From positions 62,001 to 126,000 of the IMG/VR virus record IMGVR_UViG_3300036846_000743: a stretch of DNA of 64,000 nt. One strand, written 5' to 3'. The position numbers and the translations under genes are program-made. Positions within the stretch are counted from its first letter, which is position 1; each line of letters starts with the position of its first letter. The notes beneath the pieces were generated by a model that saw only the letters and a list, made by a program, of their open reading frames with translations, had not been told where the DNA came from and searched no databases. Positions 1 to 9,036 of this stretch are shown here, one piece after another.

Positions 1-778
1 TGAGTTGAAGACCGTTGCTGAGCGGATTGATCGTCAGGCAGCTATCACCGGTCAGGGAGAAGTCGCCATTGGGCAAGGGCGATACGCCGTTGATCCTGCG
101 GATCGGTGGACCGATAGTTCCCTCGCAGGCGCATTGCTCAGTCAAGCCAGCACCATCGATGGCATCAAAACGAACCTCGGCCGGGACAGCCGGCGAGGTG
201 TCAGTGGCCTGGGAGCCCGGGGTCACCGAGATCTGCATGTTGCTCCCTGACGACAGGATCACGTGCCCGGTCAGCCTGTCACTCAGTTCGCCGTTATTCA
301 GGACCCGGAGCGACTGGATGCCGCGGATCATCGGCCGGATGCAATCACTGTCGAGCCCGCCGCCATTGATGTCGAAGGAGAACTGCCCGGTCGGCTGAAG
401 ATCGATCGAACCGAGCTGGCCGATGACGAGCTTGCCCACCGAGTCATCGAACGGGTAAACCCCTGGCAGGGAATAGGTCGTGTTCGGTACATGCGTGACC
501 TTGCTGATGATGGCCGAGGCAACAATGGCCACGCCGTCGCTGCTGTTGTACCCGATCGAGATGTTGTAGCCGGTCGCGAAGATCGAGATCGAGGCGAGAA
601 AGAATTGATCAACGTCAACGTTGACCCCGGCATGCGCGGGGAAATAAAGCTCCAGGATAAAGTCATCGGGCAGCTTGAACGTGCCGGTGAGATCGGTCTT
701 GGTGGCATCATCGGACAGCGGATAGGACCGCTGCGAGTTATGATTGAGCCACTCCAGGTTCCAGATACCTACTGGCAT
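1..778 (-). CDS. Putative baseplate/tail-associated structural protein, 3'-truncated by window edge
   Basis: Not in the ORF track because it has no stop in the window. My translation from ATG 778 (AAGGAG at 787-792) is open to base 1: MPVGIWNLEWLNHNSQRSYPLSDDATK...PPIRRINGVSPLPNGDFSLTGDSC. Lies downstream of the baseplate cluster. Confidence 0.75.
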   Translation of the reverse strand, partial: MPVGIWNLEWLNHNSQRSYPLSDDATKTDLTGTFKLPDDFILELYFPAHAGVNVDVDQFFLASISIFATGYNISIGYNSSDGVAIVASAIISKVTHVPNTTYSLPGVYPFDDSVGKLVIGQLGSIDLQPTGQFSFDINGGGLDSDCIRPMIRGIQSLRVLNNGELSDRLTGHVILSSGSNMQISVTPGSQATDTSPAVPAEVRFDAIDGAGLTEQCACEGTIGPPIRRINGVSPLPNGDFSLTGDSCLTINPLSNGLQL

Positions 779-808
779 TTATTGGTCTCCTTACCAATAG
801 GTATCCGG

Positions 809-2716
809 TCATGGTCCAGTGACGAGCGGGACGGCCGTCAGGATGCCGGCGGGCCGCATGAGCCCTACCTCGCCGGGATAGCCGTCATTGCTGGTGCGCA
901 CCAGGTTGACGAGGATCGTATCACCGGCCGTCACAGGGATCGGCACGCTCTCGACCTGGACGTACTGGTCGGAATTGATCAACACGTGAGTGTTGATGGT
1001 CAGCACCTGCTCGTTGACCACCCCCGGCAGATTGATCGGTGTCGTCACCGGCGGTGCCGGCGGCGCTGGCTGCGTTGGCGCCAGCGGTGGCTGGTTCAAG
1101 ATGCGATAGGTCGCCGTCATGATCGGCAGTGTGCCGTTGACCCCGCGGCCGATGAGCTGCATCCGTAGCGCCACCTGCGGGGTGTCCGGTATGCCTTTGG
1201 CCGGGACATTGAACCGCATCCGGATGCTGGTATCGCGGCCGGAGTCGAAGCCGATGTAGGGGATCTCCATGTAGAACCGTTCTTCGGTCTGGGCCAGCCG
1301 GATCAATTCAGCTGGTAGCTCACGCTCGCCGGACACGGTGTCGATTGAGATCTTGACCGTCCCCTGGTGCAGGATGCTGCCGTCGAGCTGTGGCGTCGGA
1401 TTGGTCGAAAGCAGCTCACATCCACTGTTGGCATCGGCTTGCAGGCCCTCGACCACGAGTCCCTGCCGGAAGGTGATCCCATCCAGGCGCTTGAAAGCGA
1501 TGGGGCCGGTGACCAGGTTCTCCGTGTCGACCAAGAACTCCAGGTCGAGATGTGCATACAGATCGCCGGTCGTCGCGTCAGCGTCATTGCAGTCGGTGAA
1601 CCGCAGCTCCGGGCTGTCCGCCGCCGGCTGCAAGCTGGTCACCGTCGTGCGCTCGGTAGTGAAGACCATCATGGTGTAGGACAGGATGATCTGGAAGTTC
1701 TCGGTGCGCGGGCACTCAGGCCCGGTAGCAGGATTGCCGGTCTCGTCTTCGACGGGAGCAGTCCAGTCGCTGGGCCATGGTTGATCGCCGTCGCAATCGC
1801 TCATCCACCAGATGCCGAAGCGATCAACCGAGCACAGGCCGCCAGGGCCCGCTGGTATCAGCGTCCCGCCCAGATAGTTCTCGCCGCGATCGAGAAAGAT
1901 AGCAGCTCCCGAAGGCGGGATCGGCGGGAAGATCTGGGCCAGCTCGGGATGCATGGCCAGGTTATAGCCAAAGGCCGCGCCGGTCGGTATCGGAACGCTA
2001 AAGTAGGTCGAAGTGGCCGGCAGCCAACCTGAAAAGTTCGGGTTGGGATTCTGCACGAAGCGGCGAGCAGCACCGCTGGTGCTGCTGATGCCATTCTCTC
2101 CTGCCGGCTCGGCGAAGAGCTTGACCTTGTAGTGAATGTGATCTTCCAGGAAGTCCCGCTGGATTGGCTGGACGATCGCCATACCGTCGTCGGTATAGAC
2201 CAGCACCGAGACCGAGACGGGCGGCCGCTGCCGGACGATCACGCCAGGCGTAGCAGCGGAGAGATAGTACCTGCCCGGGATCGGGGTGTGCAGCACGGGA
2301 TCGATATCCGCAGGCCCGACAGCCTGCGTGATATCGACCTGCCGCCGGCCGGCCAGCAGGATGTCGGCCTTGGTGGCGTTGTACTTGAAGACGATAATGC
2401 CGACAGTGTCGCATGACGGCAGCGGCACCAGCGTCCCGCTTGTCGGATTGGCGGGATCCACCTCGACGCCGGCCAGGGCGCGCTCGTACTGGGCGGTGAC
2501 GGCGTTGCGGTAAACGGCCATGCCGATCTGCGCGGCCGACTCGACCGTCTCGCCGTACGCGCAGACCGCTTCGCCCAGCTCGGCGGCGTCGATGCGGCTC
2601 TTCAGATACTGGGTATTGCCTTCGAGAGCGCGGGTCGGCCGGCTGTCGATGGCACCATTGACGGGCTCGCCGTCGTTGACATGCCGGATCCGGTTGTTCC
2701 ACGTCACGCCATTCAT
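809..2716 (-). CDS. Putative baseplate/tail fibre attachment protein (635 aa)
   Basis: Long ORF at the end of the baseplate cluster; N-terminal VNDGEPV...RPTRALEGNTQYLKSRID resembles tail-fibre N-termini; function inferred from position. Confidence 0.55.
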   Translation of the reverse strand: MNGVTWNNRIRHVNDGEPVNGAIDSRPTRALEGNTQYLKSRIDAAELGEAVCAYGETVESAAQIGMAVYRNAVTAQYERALAGVEVDPANPTSGTLVPLPSCDTVGIIVFKYNATKADILLAGRRQVDITQAVGPADIDPVLHTPIPGRYYLSAATPGVIVRQRPPVSVSVLVYTDDGMAIVQPIQRDFLEDHIHYKVKLFAEPAGENGISSTSGAARRFVQNPNPNFSGWLPATSTYFSVPIPTGAAFGYNLAMHPELAQIFPPIPPSGAAIFLDRGENYLGGTLIPAGPGGLCSVDRFGIWWMSDCDGDQPWPSDWTAPVEDETGNPATGPECPRTENFQIILSYTMMVFTTERTTVTSLQPAADSPELRFTDCNDADATTGDLYAHLDLEFLVDTENLVTGPIAFKRLDGITFRQGLVVEGLQADANSGCELLSTNPTPQLDGSILHQGTVKISIDTVSGERELPAELIRLAQTEERFYMEIPYIGFDSGRDTSIRMRFNVPAKGIPDTPQVALRMQLIGRGVNGTLPIMTATYRILNQPPLAPTQPAPPAPPVTTPINLPGVVNEQVLTINTHVLINSDQYVQVESVPIPVTAGDTILVNLVRTSNDGYPGEVGLMRPAGILTAVPLVTGP

Positions 2717-2734
2717 CAGCCCCTCCCTGAGCGA

Positions 2735-3325
2735 TCATTTGAAGGTGATCGGGTACTGGATGCCGATCTGCCCCGACGGCACCTTGGGAACCTGGTTGGC
2801 CGGATCGTAATAGCTCCGGGCGAACACGACATCCTGGGACGGATCATTAGGGACCGGACCGGCCGCCAGGGCGACACCGAAGACCTTCGAGTGCACGCCA
2901 TCGGAGAAGGGCCGGCCGTGCACCCCCACCCCGGTCTGACTCTGGGCATAGAAGGTGCACATGTTGCCCTGGTCGGGCGTCAGGAATTCCTCGTAGCCGG
3001 GGGCAACGACGATGTCCGGGCATGACGTGACCGGCACCCGGAGGTAGTCGCGGACTGGGCTAGACGACAATCCCATGTAGTAGTCGATCCCGTCGCTCCG
3101 ATCGAACGACGGCACCGAGATCGTTCCCTGGTTGTTCTCGAACTCCAGGTAGGTATACGAGATCTTGTACCTGATGTCGCCCATCCCGCAGCAGCGCGCG
3201 ATGACGTTGCCCCAGGTGTAGAGCATCGTGTTGGGAGTGAACAGGCCGTGGATCGGGGTCCAGATCCCCGTCTTATCGTCAACGTGAAATGCGAGGTGCT
3301 TGCCGACGGCGATAGGTCCATCCAT
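2735..3325 (-). CDS. Hypothetical baseplate-region protein (196 aa)
   Basis: Co-oriented ORF filling the gap between neighbours; AAGGA upstream. Confidence 0.6.
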   Translation of the reverse strand: MDGPIAVGKHLAFHVDDKTGIWTPIHGLFTPNTMLYTWGNVIARCCGMGDIRYKISYTYLEFENNQGTISVPSFDRSDGIDYYMGLSSSPVRDYLRVPVTSCPDIVVAPGYEEFLTPDQGNMCTFYAQSQTGVGVHGRPFSDGVHSKVFGVALAAGPVPNDPSQDVVFARSYYDPANQVPKVPSGQIGIQYPITFK

Positions 3326-3351
3326 GCGACTGCGTCCTTGCTAGGTGTTCG

Positions 3352-3600
3352 TCAGACCGGAACCGCTTTCATCCTAGTGGGCGAGACCAGATGAGTGGCC
3401 CCCAGGAAAACTGCCTCACCGGTCTCCATGTTGATCGCCGCCCGAAAGTCCCATGGCTGATTGCTTTGCGGATCGGCACGGCCCAGATCCGAAGTCAAGT
3501 ACTCGCCGTCCTTCCCTTTCCACCTGGTCCGGAAGGTCTGGCCGGGCGACATCTCGCGGAAGATCTGGTCAGGACCAGCTGTGCCAGGCGTCGTTTTCAT
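3352..3600 (-). CDS. Small hypothetical protein (82 aa)
   Basis: ATGA overlap with the upstream gene stop at 3597-3600. Confidence 0.55.
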   Translation of the reverse strand: MKTTPGTAGPDQIFREMSPGQTFRTRWKGKDGEYLTSDLGRADPQSNQPWDFRAAINMETGEAVFLGATHLVSPTRMKAVPV

Positions 3601-5114
3601 CCAGCAAACTCCGCGTAACAGGTCCCAATGACGATGCCGCCAGTGATCGGGCCGTCGCCAACCATACTCACGGGATCGACGATCTCCACGATGGGCTCGG
3701 CCGCACTGAAAGATCCGAGCGGCGTATCATCAACGAGGTCCACTGTAACAGAATCCTCTACGACCGGCATCTCGATCACAGGGATGACAATCTCGTGCGG
3801 CGGCACGATCCGCCGCAGGTGCCTGAGCTGATCCAGGCCCAGGGCGTTCGGGCCGAATCCGCCGGTCCTGATCCTGACAAGCAAAGCGTTGTATCGCAAG
3901 TAGTTATCTGCCAGGAACTCCAGCGGATTGATCGAAGCGGGCAAGCTGGCTGCCGTCGGCTCGCCAGCCGGGTCTGGTCGAGTGTCGAGCGAGTGGGCCA
4001 GGGTTTGGCCACTGGCCACCCCGCGGCGGTGAACCTCATCCCAGAACTCGGCCACATCGGCTGGGAACCCGCCCAGGGACCAGCTTATCTTGGTGTAACC
4101 GTCAACGTTCGGCTCGACGATCAGGGGCGTGTCGGTGTTGCCGAACGTGATATCGGACATGTAGTTGGATGGCAGCATCCCGCCGCCGATCGACAGGGTG
4201 TTCAGCCAGTCCGGCACTGTGCCATGGTTCAGGTAATGGGTCTCGACCGTATTGACGATCGCGTCACCGGCGATAAGTGCATCGCCAACGTTCACGACTG
4301 GAGTACACGCAGGTGTATATCGATAGACATGGCTATCGGTTATCACGAGCAGCTCGTTCCCGCTGACGATGTCCTCGACGACCTCGTCGCCCAGGGCGAA
4401 GCCGCAGTCCGTCACGGCGGCCAGCATGCCCAGCACCTGCTCGGTCGCCGTGCAGCCAGTGATCGCGTCCAGGATCGCATTGACCAGATCTTTGTAGTTC
4501 TGCGACGACGGCAACCGGATGCCCATGATGTAGCCGAAATGGGTCCAGATAAACTCCTGATCGATCGCGGGACGGAACAGCCAGAGGGCCAGCTGGTTAT
4601 CGATCTCCAGCCCCTGCTCGTCCAGGACCGGGCTTGTGACGAAGCGTGGATCGGCAAAAGGATCATTGCGGAAGACCAGCCGGCCGTCGTCGATCACGAA
4701 GTCCAGGCTACGAGTCAGCGTGGCTGACGGGTCGTAGATCCGGTTCATGATCAGGTCGACCGAGGTGACCGGACAGTCCCATGAATACACCGGCGCGACG
4801 CTGCCGCCATAGATCTGGCCGTCTCCAAAGTCACCAGCATCCGGGCCGTAGCGCAGCGGGGCTACTCCCTTCAGGGACTCGAGCAGGTAGAAGCTGTACC
4901 ACTGCTCCGTGTGCTGGACCGGCACGGTGAGCCGGCCGACCGAGTTGATCGTCTCCTCCAGATCGATGCTGGCCTGGTAGCCGACCTCACCAAGATCGGC
5001 ACAGTACGCACTGACTTGGTCGACGCTCTGGAAGGTGTCGGCCCAGAAGCTGCCCAGCAAGGAGAGCAGCTTGCGGGCATTATGCAGATCACTATCGACG
5101 TACGTGTAGCTCAT
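3597..5114 (-). CDS. Putative baseplate wedge protein (505 aa)
   Basis: Follows the baseplate J-like gene; ATGA coupling at both ends; function by synteny. Confidence 0.55.
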   Translation of the reverse strand: MSYTYVDSDLHNARKLLSLLGSFWADTFQSVDQVSAYCADLGEVGYQASIDLEETINSVGRLTVPVQHTEQWYSFYLLESLKGVAPLRYGPDAGDFGDGQIYGGSVAPVYSWDCPVTSVDLIMNRIYDPSATLTRSLDFVIDDGRLVFRNDPFADPRFVTSPVLDEQGLEIDNQLALWLFRPAIDQEFIWTHFGYIMGIRLPSSQNYKDLVNAILDAITGCTATEQVLGMLAAVTDCGFALGDEVVEDIVSGNELLVITDSHVYRYTPACTPVVNVGDALIAGDAIVNTVETHYLNHGTVPDWLNTLSIGGGMLPSNYMSDITFGNTDTPLIVEPNVDGYTKISWSLGGFPADVAEFWDEVHRRGVASGQTLAHSLDTRPDPAGEPTAASLPASINPLEFLADNYLRYNALLVRIRTGGFGPNALGLDQLRHLRRIVPPHEIVIPVIEMPVVEDSVTVDLVDDTPLGSFSAAEPIVEIVDPVSMVGDGPITGGIVIGTCYAEFAG

Positions 5115-5593
5115 GAGATCTCGATCTCGACATCACTGTGCTGACAGCCATCAGGCACAAGGATCATGACCAGTGCCGGATCCAGGATCAGCCTGTCAAC
5201 TGGGAATTCCGTGAAGTTCTCCGAAAGTTCAAGCCCCGGCAGCTGCGGTGATGCCTGGAGCGACAACCCGACATAAATGCCACTGATCTCGAACTTGTAA
5301 CGGATCGCGAGCTTGTCCGGAATGTGCAGGTAGCAGCCGGTATTGGACACGCGCGCCCAGATATCGGCATGACCGTGGTTACGGCGCAGCTGGCCGGCCG
5401 GATGGGGACGCCAGGGCTCGGGCTCGACGGTCAATTCCTCATCGCGAGGCAAGTCGGCAACCTCCTCGTTGGTCAGACAGTCAGCCAGGTTGCCCATGGT
5501 CGGCCGGACCGACCCGGGATCCAGATGGGCCTCCAGCAGGGTATCGATGAACTCGCGGATACAGTGCCGGCGACCAGGGAGAGTGATCGTCAT
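5111..5593 (-). CDS. Hypothetical protein (160 aa)
   Basis: AGGAGG upstream; ATGA overlap with the next gene. Confidence 0.6.
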   Translation of the reverse strand: MTITLPGRRHCIREFIDTLLEAHLDPGSVRPTMGNLADCLTNEEVADLPRDEELTVEPEPWRPHPAGQLRRNHGHADIWARVSNTGCYLHIPDKLAIRYKFEISGIYVGLSLQASPQLPGLELSENFTEFPVDRLILDPALVMILVPDGCQHSDVEIEIS

Positions 5594-5604
5594 GGGGGAT
5601 CCTC

Positions 5605-7272
5605 CTAGATATCAGGCATGTCGGCGTCAACGACGGAAATGCCGATATTGTGTACATCAAGCATGAAAGCTACGGTGCGAGGCGTGACCATATTACCGGG
5701 CTCGTCGGGAATTTCGAGCACTTCGGTGCTGCGGATCCGCCGCATGGTACCGTCGGGCCGCCGGATGGTCCCGAACATGTCGATGGCTCCGGTATAGGCG
5801 CCATCAGGCAGCTGGTCCTGAACCAGATCGGCAAGTAGACTGGCATAAAGCTGACCGATAAAACCCAGCGAGTTGACCAGCTGCATCATGGAAGCCGCGA
5901 TGGCGTCCACGGTCCCCTGATCGACGACGACCGTGGCCCGCTTGCGGATGTCAAAGCTGATTGCCAGGAAGCAGGGAACCGGGGCCTTGACCAGGCAATC
6001 CCCGGCGGGCGCCCCGAAGGACCGGCCGGAAACAGTATCCTGCAAGTCGGCGATCAGGGGCATGGCCAGTAGCGAGACGGCATAGTCGGCCGTGGACTGG
6101 TTCACGATCAGACTGGCAACCGGCGTGTCAGTATCCAGGAACTGGATCGTCGTGGTCTGATAACGACTGTACGCGGCTTCAATGGGATTCACGATGTCGG
6201 GCACGAAGCCGGGGAAGTCGAGATCGAAGGAGCGGTCGTCGCTGGTGATCTCGTAGCCGGCGTCGTCCTGCGACCCTCCCGCAGGCCCGACCCGGTCGAC
6301 CTGGTAGAAGCCGGGGGCATCGGTCGCGGTGATCGAGAGCTGCCAGATTCCGCCAGCGGCGAGTTTCTGGACCAGTGTAGCTGTCTTCGTGACGGTGATC
6401 GATAGCGGCATGTCCTGGGTGCGGGCATAGAGATCGACGCGGCCGAAATGTGAGATCGGCATGACGGTGTGCCGGTCGCGGAGCATCTCGGGATCGCCAG
6501 CGCCGATGATCGAAGTCTGGAGGATCCGGGAGAACTGGTCCATGGCCCTGAGCGAGGCGTCGATCGTGACCCGGTTCGACCAGGCGCGGGCCGCCATGCC
6601 TCCCTGGAGCCGGTTGAGCATCTCCTGGTTGCTCTCGGGGTCGAAGCCGCCGCTGAAGTCGCTCTCGGCGTATGCCCGGTCGAAGTAAGGGATCGGATCG
6701 GTCATGGCCAGGGAGGCTCCCCGGCGGAGCATGCCAGCCGCGCCGGGATCGTCGGCGGTCACCGGGATCGAGAACGAGTAGGTGCCGTCACCTACCGGGC
6801 GGAGCACGCGGTCCGTATCCGTGGTAGCCGTGGCATCGCTGATCCGCGCCGCATAGGCTTGGCCGGGGGTGAACGTGATGCCCCCGGACACGAACTGGGC
6901 TGCCGCCGGCACGACCACCGGAGCCAGGGTGGTAAGAACGATGGTGATCGTGCCGGTCGCGTTCGATCCGGCACCACGTTCGATCCGGAAGTTGGACAGG
7001 GCCCGGTTGACGATGTCATCGTCGGCCAGGGCGGGGTTCTCGGAGATCGCCATCAAGCTGTTCGAGTCCCGCATCAGCTCCATGCGGGCCCGCTGCTCGG
7101 CGCCCAGGATCGATACCAGGTACAGGACGATGTCGTGAATTACGCCCCGCTTGATCTCCAGTTCGGGGAATTGTTCTGCCATCCGCTCGGAGATCTGCTG
7201 GTGCGCCTGGTCCACGAGGGCAGGATCGATCGTTGACAGGTCGAGCACGTCGAGGATATCGGCCATGGGCAT
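5605..7272 (-). CDS. Baseplate J / gp6-like wedge protein (555 aa)
   Basis: Pattern typical of baseplate J: ELEIKRGVIHDIVLY, RGAGSNATGTITI, PGAAGML, FSGGFDPESNQEMLNRL, GRVDLY; directly after a gp25-like gene. Confidence 0.75.
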   Translation of the reverse strand: MPMADILDVLDLSTIDPALVDQAHQQISERMAEQFPELEIKRGVIHDIVLYLVSILGAEQRARMELMRDSNSLMAISENPALADDDIVNRALSNFRIERGAGSNATGTITIVLTTLAPVVVPAAAQFVSGGITFTPGQAYAARISDATATTDTDRVLRPVGDGTYSFSIPVTADDPGAAGMLRRGASLAMTDPIPYFDRAYAESDFSGGFDPESNQEMLNRLQGGMAARAWSNRVTIDASLRAMDQFSRILQTSIIGAGDPEMLRDRHTVMPISHFGRVDLYARTQDMPLSITVTKTATLVQKLAAGGIWQLSITATDAPGFYQVDRVGPAGGSQDDAGYEITSDDRSFDLDFPGFVPDIVNPIEAAYSRYQTTTIQFLDTDTPVASLIVNQSTADYAVSLLAMPLIADLQDTVSGRSFGAPAGDCLVKAPVPCFLAISFDIRKRATVVVDQGTVDAIAASMMQLVNSLGFIGQLYASLLADLVQDQLPDGAYTGAIDMFGTIRRPDGTMRRIRSTEVLEIPDEPGNMVTPRTVAFMLDVHNIGISVVDADMPDI

Positions 7273-7277
7273 CTCCG

Positions 7278-7754
7278 TCAGATCGGGACCACGCCAGGCG
7301 TGGTCGAGATGGGCATGATCACCTTGCGGCTGGTACCGGCCAGGCTCCGGAGCGTGACATGCATGACAATGGTGCCCGACAGGATGGACACCGAGTCCAG
7401 CGTAGCCAAGGCATACCGCTCATCGTCCGGATCGGTAGCCAGCTCCTCGGCGGTGAGCGACAGCTCGAGATCGTTCAGGGCCAGATTGAAAGCGATGAAA
7501 ACATCGGTCTCGGTACGAAGATAGCCCTGACGAAACTGGATCATGAACGTGGTGCCGCGGCCTGGCAGGTAGAGCATGGAGCCCTTCTCGGTGAGCAGCT
7601 CCAGGACGAACCGCTGGGCCAGCTTCTGGACGCCGGTGCAGAGCTGGCCGGCAGCAGCCTCGGTGAAGAGGATCTGCTCAAGCCGGACCTCGCCCATAGG
7701 CTTGGCCCCCTGAAGCGCCAGAACGTCATAGATTCGCAACTCGCCGTTGCTCAT
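7278..7754 (-). CDS. gp25/GpW-like baseplate wedge initiator (start re-placed to ATG 7754)
   Basis: GVQKLAQRFVLELLTEKGSMLYLPGRGT resembles the gp25/GpW signature; ATGA overlap with the upstream gene at 7751-7754. Confidence 0.7.
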   Translation of the reverse strand: MSNGELRIYDVLALQGAKPMGEVRLEQILFTEAAAGQLCTGVQKLAQRFVLELLTEKGSMLYLPGRGTTFMIQFRQGYLRTETDVFIAFNLALNDLELSLTAEELATDPDDERYALATLDSVSILSGTIVMHVTLRSLAGTSRKVIMPISTTPGVVPI

Positions 7755-8215
7755 CCTTGCCCCGACTGTAATGCATCCTGCACATGCTTGAGCACGCCAC
7801 CCAGGAAGACGCCTGCGTCGTAGGAATGACCGAACCGCCGGCCCATCGCGTGAGCGATGCACCGGACCGGTGTGGCGTGCCTGGCACGGAAGGCACGCTC
7901 CATGATCGCGATATAGTCGCCCTGGGTCTTGACCGAGATCACGTCGCCGCAGGTCCCAGGATCGGTACCATCCTGGATCAGCTCGGCGTAATTGGTATCG
8001 ATGTTCTCGCGGTCAAAGCCAGCCGTGATGCCGGCGATATCGAGAAGATCCAGCGCCCCCGCATCCTTGTGCTTGGACTGCACGCTGGTCTCAGGGATGT
8101 TCCATTTGCGGGGCCCATAGCCGCGAGATGCTTTACCCTGCTGACCATCCTGCGTGGTCAGGTCCTTGAGATTGTTCGTGAAGACATCGTCGATCTTGCC
8201 CTTGCTCGCCATCAT
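7751..8215 (-). CDS. Hypothetical protein (154 aa)
   Basis: Translationally coupled on both sides (ATGA). Confidence 0.6.
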   Translation of the reverse strand: MMASKGKIDDVFTNNLKDLTTQDGQQGKASRGYGPRKWNIPETSVQSKHKDAGALDLLDIAGITAGFDRENIDTNYAELIQDGTDPGTCGDVISVKTQGDYIAIMERAFRARHATPVRCIAHAMGRRFGHSYDAGVFLGGVLKHVQDALQSGQG

Positions 8216-9003
8216 AGCACCTCCGAGTCCTCGAGTTCGTTCAGCATCCGCTGGATCCGCGCCGCCCGCTGGCTGACGGCCCCCGGCGAGATCCGCAGCC
8301 GGCGAGCGATCTGGGTGGCCGGCAGCTTGGGAGCACCGTTTAAGCCCATGCCGTACTCTAAGATCACCTGGTCATGCGGGTCGAGGTCATGATAGAGAAA
8401 CTGAGCCCTGAGCATAGATCGATCAGGCCCTTCGACGGCCGGCTCGAACCCGCCACCGCCACTCCCTTCTTCATCCTCATCGGACAGAGCGGCCATCCGG
8501 CCTTCAGGTATTGCCGGCCGGTAGCCCCTGATGTGTGCGATGCGTCGCCGGGACAGCCCTATGTGATCTGACAGCTCCATGTCCGACGGATCACGGCCCA
8601 GCTGATCACGCAGCTCGGTCTCGGACTCGGTCAGGTGCTGTTGATCAAGCGCCACCGCTTCAGGAACCTTGATCGTCTGTGCCTGCTGCGCACTGTAGCG
8701 GCGCAGCCCCTGAAGGTGGGCCATCAGGTGGGTCTTGAGGCTGGCCTTGGTCGGGTCATACTTCTTGGCCGCATCCAGGGCAATCATCCGCGCGCGGCTG
8801 CGCATCATAGGGTTGACGTTCCGGCCGCCGTAGACAGAAAGCCCTTCATCGATCACCGGATTGATCGCTTTCAGGAACTCGTCGGACTGGCCGGGACCGG
8901 GATTGGCTGACCACGCATGAAAGGCGGGAGCGTACTGTGACTCGAGCCGGTCCTTGGGCGCGGCGAAGCCGGGCTCGAGCTTGTACGGGGTGAAACCAGG
9001 CAT
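8212..9003 (-). CDS. Phage sigma70-family RNA polymerase sigma factor (263 aa)
   Basis: Region 2-like AAKKYDPTKASLKTHL, region 3 LGRDPSDMELSDHIGLS, region 4 HTH LDPHDQVILEYGMGLNGAPKLPATQIARRLRISPGAVSQRAARIQRML. Confidence 0.88.
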   Translation of the reverse strand: MPGFTPYKLEPGFAAPKDRLESQYAPAFHAWSANPGPGQSDEFLKAINPVIDEGLSVYGGRNVNPMMRSRARMIALDAAKKYDPTKASLKTHLMAHLQGLRRYSAQQAQTIKVPEAVALDQQHLTESETELRDQLGRDPSDMELSDHIGLSRRRIAHIRGYRPAIPEGRMAALSDEDEEGSGGGGFEPAVEGPDRSMLRAQFLYHDLDPHDQVILEYGMGLNGAPKLPATQIARRLRISPGAVSQRAARIQRMLNELEDSEVL

Positions 9004-9036
9004 CCCAGGGTCCTCAATACGCTGCGTAACGCTTGA

